A stretch of DNA of 32,000 nt from Chitinispirillum alkaliphilum (GCA_001045525.1 LDWW01000005.1:92919-124918); one strand, 5' to 3'; numbered from the stretch's first letter, positions 19,253 through 26,321 are shown. The notes: generated from the sequence alone by a model not told the origin. Translations and numbers: made by a program.

Positions 19253-19596
19253 TAAACCTGCCTATATAAAACATTTTTTGTCTGTTGATAACCGAATATG
19301 TAACCATTTGATTTTATAATGAATTCGGTAGTTTGTCCATAACTTCGGTTTAAACTATTTGACTAAATTCCGGAAGAGTGGTATTTAGAGTTGTTTGGGT
19401 ATCGCTATTCTATCCGGTATTTACTTAACAGTAAATATACTATATTAATTATATATAAGTTATAAATAAATCTATAAACAGCCTTGCTACTTTCAGAATC
19501 TACTATTTTCCAATGGGTTATGCAAAATGTTGTTAGTTTTATGAATTGTTATACAAACACAATCTGCCAGTTACAATTTTTGAGAGGGGAATTACT

Positions 19597-20388
19597 TTGA
19601 AAAATCAGCAAACTATAGGAATCGCAAGCTCTGTTTCAGCTCATTGCGGATATGACCCGTTTGATACCCTTTCATATGCTGTAAAAAACAATATCTCCTC
19701 AGTGCAGCTCTATCTGGACAGATCCCTGATGCAATCACCCTCTGATATCGACAGATTATCCCAAATTGCAAAAGAATCAAATATCTCACTTGTTTGCCAT
19801 TCACCGGAATTTCTCAACCGCAAAACCACCAAAGATACCCTTATCGATGGGATGAACCGGCTTCTGAAACACCAGCAACAACGGGCTATGATCGTACACT
19901 TCGATTCAGAGGTGGGGTTTGAGGAGATCACTGAAATCGTTAAAGAGCTGAACCACAAAAATATTGTCCCTTATCTGGAAAATTTTTACCCTGCAGGAGA
20001 TGAATACCGTTTTCTGAGCTCCTTTTCAAGATTTAACTCAGTTTTTGCACTCTCTGCCCAGGAAAAACTGCAGATTGTGCCGGTAATAGATATCCCCCGA
20101 CTGTTTATCAGCAATATCGTGGAAAACTTTGATCCCCTTCTGCTCACAAAACTACTCTTCACTACACTGTCGGAGCATGAATATGAGCCTGTATTGCACC
20201 TTATAGATTTCACCGATTTCAGCCAGAACCGTGACTCCTGGTGTCCGGTGGGGAAGGGCAAGATGCCCTACAGGGAGATCTTCTCATTTCTGAAAAGAGA
20301 GGGGATAACGCCCACACTGTCGATTCTTGAGTTTGAGCAAAAAGAGCATGTTTCCGGGAGCATAGAGTGGTTAAAAGAAAATTTTTGA
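19597..20388 (+). CDS. Hypothetical protein, possibly xylose-isomerase-like TIM-barrel (sugar phosphate isomerase/epimerase-like) fold
   Basis: Strand-end pattern: IGIASS, VQLYLD, LVCHSP, MIVHFD, PYLENF, VIDIPR, LHLIDF..R..W.PVGKG and LSILEFE. This resembles the AP-endonuclease-2/xylose-isomerase-like family but is weak. The TTG at 19597 follows GAGAGGGGA by 6 nt. The track uses the TTG at 19546. Confidence 0.4.
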   Translation: MKNQQTIGIASSVSAHCGYDPFDTLSYAVKNNISSVQLYLDRSLMQSPSDIDRLSQIAKESNISLVCHSPEFLNRKTTKDTLIDGMNRLLKHQQQRAMIVHFDSEVGFEEITEIVKELNHKNIVPYLENFYPAGDEYRFLSSFSRFNSVFALSAQEKLQIVPVIDIPRLFISNIVENFDPLLLTKLLFTTLSEHEYEPVLHLIDFTDFSQNRDSWCPVGKGKMPYREIFSFLKREGITPTLSILEFEQKEHVSGSIEWLKENF

Positions 20389-20757
20389 TCCTCTGTCTTT
20401 AACACCTCGCTTTCCTGCAGAACTGTGAACCATATTCGTCTTCAGCGCGTTCGCAAAGTCCGCTGCAGCAGAAAATGAGGAGGAAACGCTGAAGCTCGGA
20501 GGTTGGTATGTTATCAGGCTAAGCTAAACGACACAAATGGTGCATTGGTACTAAAAAAGTGAAACTCACCTGGTAAACTGGCACGTTTTTCTCCGGCGCG
20601 GACACCTCTCTACTGCCTCCCCTCAGACAACCAATTTTGGCATATCCATTGCAGTTATCAGTTATGCTCTCATCCTCTCACATTTTTAACAGTTCATTTT
20701 CGCTGTGCTCTCTGATCGACACAATTTCTATCGCACACATAAGAAACTGAGGCATAG

Positions 20758-22005
20758 ATGTCTGTGAAAAGTAATATCCAAAAAATTTTCAGGCACCGGG
20801 GCACTCAACTATGGCTTGCACCCGTAATAGGTGTGTTTATAGCCGGGGCACTCGCAGCGCTGATGCTTTTTATTGATGCTGTTGCTGACTGGGGTGAAGC
20901 TCCGCCCTTTCCTGTCTTCATAGGCGAGGCGAATACCGCCCGGGATCTGCTTGCGGTGATCGCAGCTTCTGTTACCACACTGCTGGCTCTTATTTTCACC
21001 ATCATAACCGTTGCCATCCAGCTTGCAAGCAGTCAATACTCCCCCCGCACCCTACACATCCTGCTCACAGACAGACCAAGCCACACTACAATAGGGATAT
21101 TTATTGGTACATTTACCTACACTCTCATCGTTTTGCTCTCACTGAGGACTGTTACTTTTCAGGCGCAGGACAGTGCACAGGTCGCGGGAGTTTCCATGAC
21201 CGGAGCGTTTGTCATTGCGGTAGTAAGTCTTGGCACATTTGCCATTTACAGCAATCATATTATACACTCTGTTCGGATTACTTCAATCATAAACCGAATC
21301 AGCACTCTTACACGACAACAGATTATAAAGTATCACCCCGACCAGTACCATGAAAACAGTGAAAAAAGCGGAGACTGGCAAATGTCATTAACACCGCAGA
21401 GAGTAATACTATCCCCTAAACCCGGGGTTTTTACAAACGTAAATATAGATGGGCTGATATCCGCAGCCCAAAAGACAGATTGCATTCTGGTCGTTATTCC
21501 GCCACTGGGTACTTTTGTCCCGCAAGGTACACCACTGATCAGAGTGTTTGGAGGAGAGGGGCCGGAGCATCCTGAAGAGCACATAATACTCGATACCGAA
21601 CGTACTCTGACAAGGGATATAGGATACGGGATTCGTCAGCTGGTTGACATCGCGACCCGGGCATTGTCAACTGGAATAAATGACCCCAGTACTGCTGTTC
21701 AGGTGATAGATCAACTTCATGATCTGATGCGTCTTCTTGCATGGAGCCGCCTTCCTGGAGATGAATTAAGTGATGAGTCAGGCAGCGTCCGTCTGATAGT
21801 CAGGACAACTGCCTGGGAAGACAGTGTTCATCTTGCTCTGGAAGAGATCCGGTTAAGCGGAATCAGCTCCCTGCAGGTTGTAAGGCGTCTTCAGGGGATG
21901 CTTGACGAACTTATAGAAAACATCCCCGAAGACCGTATACCCCCACTGCAAAGACAACGTGATCTGTTTTTGGCTTCTATTCCGCAAAAGTTTAAAACAA
22001 GCTGA
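20758..22005 (+). CDS. DUF2254-like integral membrane protein (4 N-terminal TM helices + soluble C-terminal domain)
   Basis: 415 aa. TM helices are followed by IQLASSQYSPR, which I recall as characteristic of DUF2254. The C-terminal domain contains RDIGYGIRQLVDIATRALS.GINDPSTAVQVIDQL. GAGG lies 5 nt before the ATG. Confidence 0.6.
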   Translation: MSVKSNIQKIFRHRGTQLWLAPVIGVFIAGALAALMLFIDAVADWGEAPPFPVFIGEANTARDLLAVIAASVTTLLALIFTIITVAIQLASSQYSPRTLHILLTDRPSHTTIGIFIGTFTYTLIVLLSLRTVTFQAQDSAQVAGVSMTGAFVIAVVSLGTFAIYSNHIIHSVRITSIINRISTLTRQQIIKYHPDQYHENSEKSGDWQMSLTPQRVILSPKPGVFTNVNIDGLISAAQKTDCILVVIPPLGTFVPQGTPLIRVFGGEGPEHPEEHIILDTERTLTRDIGYGIRQLVDIATRALSTGINDPSTAVQVIDQLHDLMRLLAWSRLPGDELSDESGSVRLIVRTTAWEDSVHLALEEIRLSGISSLQVVRRLQGMLDELIENIPEDRIPPLQRQRDLFLASIPQKFKTS

Positions 22006-22017
22006 GAGCTTCAAAAC

Positions 22018-22052
22018 AAGTCCCTAATGTCTTAAACAGAAATGAGGGACTT
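22018..22052. terminator. Candidate bidirectional terminator hairpin between convergent genes
   Basis: AAGTCCCT (22018-22025) pairs with AGGGACTT (22045-22052), an 8-bp stem with a 19-nt loop. It is followed by TTTTAT on the plus strand and GTTTTG on the minus strand. It sits between the DUF2254 gene stop (22005) and the charged-protein gene stop (22192). Confidence 0.35.
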
Positions 22053-22191
22053 TTATGGTCTGTTTTCCCTGATGTATATGCAGTCAAAGAGCCCGCCGTG
22101 TTGCATTATAGAGCGGTCTGATCTGCATATCGCGTCCGGGTGATCAGTAAACAGAGCTCTCAAACCGGTACTAATACCGGCGAATAAAAAC

Positions 22192-23175
22192 TTATCTTGT
22201 CTGGTCCTCTTTTGCATCTCTGAGAGCCTTGTCTTGTCGGTGGTAAAGTTTCCGTTCTTCTTCATCGGCATGGAATGAGCTATCAATGGCTTCTTTAACA
22301 GGTAAATTATAGGAACCATCTTGTTTGGTAGGCTCTTCCTTTGCCAATACTTTCCTGGCAGCCTTGTTGAAGTCAAAATCAGGTTTTACTTCTTTTTTTT
22401 TGCCTTTTGCTTTGGCTGCCTGATTTTTACCGGAATTTCCTTTTTGAGGGCCATTTTTTATCTCATCCTTTTGCTGACTGACCTCTTCTGTCTTCTGTTC
22501 CGGTTGTACCTCCTCACCTACGTCATCAACAGTTTTCTCAGCAGTTTCACTTAGCTCTTTTGTTGATTCACCTGCCCCGGTTACCAGCTCCTTTACACCT
22601 TTTGATGCTCCGGTTCCGATCTCCCCTGCAGCCTGTCCCAGGGGTGTGAGGATTTCCTTTAAAAGATCGGGGTTTTGATCTATGGTTTGCAGTGCGCGGG
22701 CGAGGATCTGATAAACCCTGTCGAGACGAACCCTTAAAGCAGCCTTTGCCTGAACTCCCTTTATGTTCAGTTCAACTTTATCTATTCCCACATGTGCACC
22801 TACATCAATTTTTACAAGATTTGCCAGATGGGCACTTAATGCAATTCTTGCATCCAAATCCTCCACTTCCAGATCGATCTCATCGATATGTAAATCCGCC
22901 ACATCCAGCAAAACATCAGGCCTGATCTCATCATCCTGGCCTTCTTCGCGGTTTTCTTCTTGTGAAGACTTTCCTTGCTGCTCTTTGGAAACCTGAGCGG
23001 GTTTGCCGTTTGGATTACTTTTATCTGCATCAGAGAACTTACCGTTTGGGGATGAATCTGTCGATTTTTGTCTCTGGCTGAAAATCTCCTCCAGTTCCTG
23101 CTCCGATGGGGGTGATTGACGACGCAAAAGGATTACTTCTCCTGTTTGCGGGTCGGTGATTTTAAAGGTAGGCAT
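22192..23175 (-). CDS. Hypothetical highly charged protein (327 aa): acidic/Lys-rich low-complexity flanks around an ~110-aa ordered core
   Basis: Long ORF with a GGAGG site 10 nt upstream of the ATG, embedded in the end of the preceding gene. The core is LLDVADLHIDEIDLEVEDLDARIALSAHLANLVKIDVGAHVGIDKVELNIKGVQAKAALRVRLDRVYQILARALQTIDQNPDLL. I recognise no family. Confidence 0.6.
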   Translation of the reverse strand: MPTFKITDPQTGEVILLRRQSPPSEQELEEIFSQRQKSTDSSPNGKFSDADKSNPNGKPAQVSKEQQGKSSQEENREEGQDDEIRPDVLLDVADLHIDEIDLEVEDLDARIALSAHLANLVKIDVGAHVGIDKVELNIKGVQAKAALRVRLDRVYQILARALQTIDQNPDLLKEILTPLGQAAGEIGTGASKGVKELVTGAGESTKELSETAEKTVDDVGEEVQPEQKTEEVSQQKDEIKNGPQKGNSGKNQAAKAKGKKKEVKPDFDFNKAARKVLAKEEPTKQDGSYNLPVKEAIDSSFHADEEERKLYHRQDKALRDAKEDQTR

Positions 23176-23177
23176 CT

Positions 23178-23495
23178 TTATACAACCTCCATTTTGAAAC
23201 GCCCTACTTTTTGGCTGTGGCCATTTTGCTGCTGCTGTTGCTGCTGCTCTTTTGTAGGATGCTGCCGTTGTGCCAGTTCTTTTTCCAGTTTTGAGATCCT
23301 GAAAGTCAGTTTCTCGTTTGCCGTTGCCATCTTTTCAAGCTGGCTTGTGGCTTTCTCCAGTGCTGAGGAGAGTTTTTCTGATTGGGACATCATTTTCTTT
23401 ATGTTTTTGTTTAATTCTTTGGATTTAAATTTCCCAGAATCGCCGTCTCGGAGATTTTTCAGAGAAGAGAGTGCTTTTTTGAGGTTAAAACGCAT
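23178..23495 (-). CDS. Hypothetical small coiled-coil protein with a Q7 tract (105 aa)
   Basis: The ATG at 23495 (MRFNLKKALSS...) is preceded by AGGGGGAA with a 7-nt spacer. The track's 23579 start adds 28 residues with no SD. Heptad-like sequence SEKLSSALEKATSQLEKMATANEKLTFRISKLEKELAQ is followed by KEQQQQQQQ. The stop is 2 nt from the next gene's ATG, implying an operon. Confidence 0.55.
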   Translation of the reverse strand: MRFNLKKALSSLKNLRDGDSGKFKSKELNKNIKKMMSQSEKLSSALEKATSQLEKMATANEKLTFRISKLEKELAQRQHPTKEQQQQQQQNGHSQKVGRFKMEVV

Positions 23496-23716
23496 GGGTT
23501 TGTTCCCCCTGTTGCTGATGGGTAGGGTTAAACTGATAAGCAGAACTTTTCTTCTTCCGCATGTTTGAAGTAGTTGCAATTGGTATACCTGAGAGGTGCA
23601 TTAGGTTATACTTTGCATCACCCTTAACATGCGCCCAAATTATTCTCACTTTTTTGGTTTAAGAATACTTCGACTGCTCATGATTGGAGCAGATCCACGA
23701 AACACTTGAAAGAGGA

Positions 23717-23767
23717 TCAAGCTTTCTGGATGGTTGAACAAATCATTGTACTTTGTGTCTTTCTCAT
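23717..23767 (-). other. Mini-ORF in repeat unit A: MRKTQSTMICSTIQKA* (16 codons, TGA stop); coding status unproven
   Basis: Manual minus-strand translation: ATG AGA AAG ACA CAA AGT ACA ATG ATT TGT TCA ACC ATC CAG AAA GCT TGA. No Shine-Dalgarno sequence upstream. Confidence 0.2.
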
Positions 23768-23828
23768 TTTCGTGCCTTTCTTGTATTTCGTGGTTTATTT
23801 ATCTTACCACGAAACACACGAAAGTGGA

Positions 23829-23879
23829 TTAAGCTTTCTGGATAATTGAACAAATTATTGTACTTTGTGTCTTCTTCAT
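23829..23879 (-). other. Mini-ORF in repeat unit B: MKKTQSTIICSIIQKA* (16 codons, TAA stop); coding status unproven
   Basis: Manual minus-strand translation: ATG AAG AAG ACA CAA AGT ACA ATA ATT TGT TCA ATT ATC CAG AAA GCT TAA. No Shine-Dalgarno sequence upstream. Confidence 0.2.
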
Positions 23880-23950
23880 TTTTCGTGCTTTTCGTGTATT
23901 TCGTGGTTTATTTATCTTACCACGAAACACACGAAACACACGAAAGAGGA

Positions 23951-24001
23951 TTATGCTTTCTGGATGGTTGAACAAATCATTGTACTTTGTGTCTTCTTCA
24001 T
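23951..24001 (-). other. Mini-ORF in repeat unit C: MKKTQSTMICSTIQKA* (16 codons, TAA stop); coding status unproven
   Basis: Manual minus-strand translation: ATG AAG AAG ACA CAA AGT ACA ATG ATT TGT TCA ACC ATC CAG AAA GCA TAA. No Shine-Dalgarno sequence upstream. Confidence 0.2.
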
Positions 24002-24084
24002 TTTTCGTGCTTTTCGTGTATTTCGTGGTTTATTTATCTTACCACGAAACACACGAATTACACGAAAGGTGGGGTGAAACAGGG

Positions 24085-24115
24085 GAAAAAATCGAGCAGT
24101 CCTAACACTGCGCTC
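24085..24115 (-). terminator. Candidate Rho-independent terminator of the antiporter-EIIA gene
   Basis: The minus-strand RNA reads GAGCGCAGT-GTTAGG-ACTGCTC followed by GATTTTTT. The perfect core stem is GCAGT/ACTGC, with further G-C pairs beyond a mismatch, then a T6 run. It starts ~35 nt after the stop at 24150 and ends ~13 nt before the repeat array. Confidence 0.4.
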
Positions 24116-24149
24116 AAACAATCTCTTCCCGCTGTATCTCGGCGCCAGC

Positions 24150-26321
24150 CTATTTTTTTGAATCGGGTTTTCTTCCCAGCTCTTTTCTGAAAAACCTGTA
24201 GATCTCTTCCCTGGTTTTACACTTAAGGAGCTCTTCCCTGGCCTGTGCGCTGTTGAGCAGTGCTGAGAGAGAAGCCAGAAACTGAATATGGGGACCGGTC
24301 ACATTAACCGGAGAGAGCACCATTACAAAAATATTGGAAGGCTCTCCGTCAAGGGACTGGAAGTCGATTCCTTTTCTCGAAAGCCCAACCGCCACAACGA
24401 TTCTGTCAACAGAGTCGGTTTTTCCGTGCGGGAGTGCGATACCGTATTGCATCCCTGTGCTCATTGAGTTTTCTCTTTCGTTAATGGCGCTTAAAGCAGC
24501 ATTTTTATCTTTGACCAGTCCGTTTTTCCAGATCACAAAAAGCAACTCTTCTATCACCTCGGGCTTGGTTTTTGATTTTAGCTCAGGAATGATACAGCGG
24601 GAGTCGAGTATGCGGGCGATATCGGTACTCATTCTGCTGGTTTCCTCTGTGAGACCCTTAAGGAAGACTTCGGGGCGGATGAGGTCCTTTACCTTTGTTA
24701 TGGTGTTGTTGAGCTGAAGGAGAGTTTCATACACGATTGTTTTTACAAATATTACATCCTGGGCATCGGTTTCAAAATCGAGTATATGATCTCTTGTTTT
24801 CATGGTGATAATAATTTCATCTCTTCTGAGATGGTAGACGTTGTGTCCGCTTATGGAGATTGTATGGGTGTAGAAACCCTCATTTCTGAAAGCGTGGAGG
24901 ACTTTGCTGACCAGAAGATCATTGAGTTCATATGTGGAGAAATCAAAAGGTGTCGAAACAGTTTCTCTGAGCTTTACGACTTTTCTGGTACCTATCTTCT
25001 CTGAGTCCATCATTTTTGATAATATGGACGGAGCCAGCACAGTTGTAAGAAGAGTCATAATGATACTGGCATCGAACAATCTCTGATCTATTATACCCAT
25101 TGATAGCCCGATTCCGGCGATAATCAGAGCAACTTCACCACGGGGTACCATCCCAATCCCAACTCTCGATGCCCCGGTGCGGTTGAAGTTGAGGAAAAGC
25201 GTGGGTATACCACATCCCAGAACCTTTGCCACGATCGCTATAATGGTGAAAGCTCCCCCAAGCAGAAGAATTTCAGGAGAGAGCAGATCAAAAAGATTAA
25301 CCATCATCCCCATGACCACAAAGAAAATGGGTACGAAAAATGAATTCAGAGCCTCAAGAGTGTCTCTGACAGTATCGTTAAGATCAGTTTTGGAGAGGCT
25401 TAGTCCTGTGACGTATGCGCCGATAATCATTGCAAGACCTGCTTTTTCAAATATACCGGCAAGGACAAGAGCGATTCCGAAAGCCAGAACCGAAATGTGT
25501 ACTACGGATTTAAGTTTTTTCATCGCTTTTGCGAGAGGCCTGGCGAAAAGAATTCCCAAAGTGGTAAATCCAAGCCACACAACTATGGCCCTCAGAGCGA
25601 TATACTGGATCGAAAGCACCTCTTCCTCAGCGGTACCTGGCACCGCAACGGAGAGACTGCTCACAATAGCCAGCAGAATAATGCCAAGCACATCCCCTAT
25701 GACCGCACCAGCAAGTATGGTAACCCCCTCGGGAGAATCCATTTTCCTCTTTTCCGAAAGGACCCTTGCCGTTATTCCCATAGATGTTGCGCATGCAATA
25801 ACCCCCAGAAACATTGCCCTGGGGTCGAAGAGGGTAGAGTCGAGAAAGTACATTCCAAGGGCAGCTCCTCCGAAAAAGGAGAGTATGACTCCCCCGAGAC
25901 CAACCGCGATCCCTGTTACGGAGTATCGGAAAAGCATGGCAAGATCGATCTCAAGCCCGGTCATGAAGAGCAAAAGCACCGATGCCACGGTTGCCAGTCC
26001 GTAGAGCTGTGGGGTTACAGAAACCGCCCCCGGCTCATACAGCGGGAAAATCCCTTCGGGAAAACCAGGCATAGGGATTGAGCCAAGCAGATAGGGTCCG
26101 ATAATCATCCCAAGAACCAATTCTCCCAGCACCGAGGAGATATGAAATTTTTCAAACACTATATGGGCACTTCTGGAGAGAATAATTATCACTCCAAGCT
26201 GCAAGGTAAGATCTGCCATAAGGTGAATTATGTCATCTGAGCCATTTATAGAAGCGGCGGAAGCAGAAACGGCACAGAAAAGTAAAATCAGGCAACCCGG
26301 GGAAAACAGTTTCTTCTTCAT
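24150..26321 (-). CDS. Monovalent cation:proton antiporter (CPA2/Kef-type Na_H_exchanger domain) fused to a C-terminal PTS EIIA (fructose/nitrogen, EIIA-2 type) domain
   Basis: The N-terminal part has ~12 TM helices with Na+/H+-exchanger family character (GELVLGMIIGPYLLG...). A ~150-aa linker domain follows. The last ~140 aa match EIIA-2: ILDSRCIIPELKSKTKPEVIEELL...ERENSMSTGMQYGIALPHGK..., including the phospho-His motif GIA(L/I)PHG. The ATG at 26321 (MKKKLFSPGCLILLFCAVSASA, signal-like) is preferred over the track's TTG at 26333. Confidence 0.85.
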   Translation of the reverse strand: MKKKLFSPGCLILLFCAVSASAASINGSDDIIHLMADLTLQLGVIIILSRSAHIVFEKFHISSVLGELVLGMIIGPYLLGSIPMPGFPEGIFPLYEPGAVSVTPQLYGLATVASVLLLFMTGLEIDLAMLFRYSVTGIAVGLGGVILSFFGGAALGMYFLDSTLFDPRAMFLGVIACATSMGITARVLSEKRKMDSPEGVTILAGAVIGDVLGIILLAIVSSLSVAVPGTAEEEVLSIQYIALRAIVVWLGFTTLGILFARPLAKAMKKLKSVVHISVLAFGIALVLAGIFEKAGLAMIIGAYVTGLSLSKTDLNDTVRDTLEALNSFFVPIFFVVMGMMVNLFDLLSPEILLLGGAFTIIAIVAKVLGCGIPTLFLNFNRTGASRVGIGMVPRGEVALIIAGIGLSMGIIDQRLFDASIIMTLLTTVLAPSILSKMMDSEKIGTRKVVKLRETVSTPFDFSTYELNDLLVSKVLHAFRNEGFYTHTISISGHNVYHLRRDEIIITMKTRDHILDFETDAQDVIFVKTIVYETLLQLNNTITKVKDLIRPEVFLKGLTEETSRMSTDIARILDSRCIIPELKSKTKPEVIEELLFVIWKNGLVKDKNAALSAINERENSMSTGMQYGIALPHGKTDSVDRIVVAVGLSRKGIDFQSLDGEPSNIFVMVLSPVNVTGPHIQFLASLSALLNSAQAREELLKCKTREEIYRFFRKELGRKPDSKK

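Larger units (their letters stand above)
23695..24072. repeat. Tandem repeat array: units 23695-23806 (112 bp), 23807-23919 (113 bp), 23920-24041 (122 bp) and partial 24042-24072
   Basis: Read directly. Each unit starts with CCACGAAACAC(A/T)(C/T)GAAAG and ends with CTTT(T)C(G/T)TGTATTTCGTGG + TTTATTTATCTTA. The two arms are reverse complements. Units B and C are identical over their last ~60 bp. Unit C is longer by exactly one extra CACACGAAA. Confidence 0.9.

Noticed and set aside
20578-20594. Sigma-54 promoter call (TGGCACG-N4-TCTC)
   Set aside because: It is kept only as a remark within a finding. The -24 element is perfect, but the -12 GC dinucleotide is TC, there is no enhancer-binding protein gene nearby, and a single hit in 32 kb could be chance.
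22053-22376. 107-aa minus-strand ORF overlapping the 3' end of the charged-protein gene and the intergenic terminator
   Set aside because: It is off-frame relative to the much longer SD-supported ORF 22192-23175, spans the candidate terminator hairpin, and has no start context.
23695-24072. Possible CRISPR array (regularly spaced palindromic repeats)
   Set aside because: The segments between the palindromes are not unique spacers. They are near-identical copies of each other (~90% or better). The period (112-122 bp) and the 47-nt hairpin module do not fit repeat-spacer geometry. No cas genes or leader are nearby.
23865-24190. Plus-strand track ORFs 23865-24077 and 23987-24190, both starting MCLLHFSCFSCISWFIYLTTKHT
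   Set aside because: They read straight through the tandem repeat, which explains the duplicated N-termini. They run across the hairpin arms, and the second extends through the antiporter terminator into the antiporter gene's 3' end. They have no SD and a Cys/Phe-rich composition typical of translating T-rich repeat DNA.
25177-26081. Long antisense ORFs inside the antiporter gene (275 aa and 194 aa, plus strand)
   Set aside because: The opposite strand encodes a collinear, motif-supported transporter. The antisense products are Pro/Arg/Ser-rich and have no start context. The same reasoning applies to 18480-19022(+) in the GT4 gene, 12794-13258(-) in the GGGPS gene, 6998-7500(+) in hisD and 2775-3461(+) in the MFP gene.
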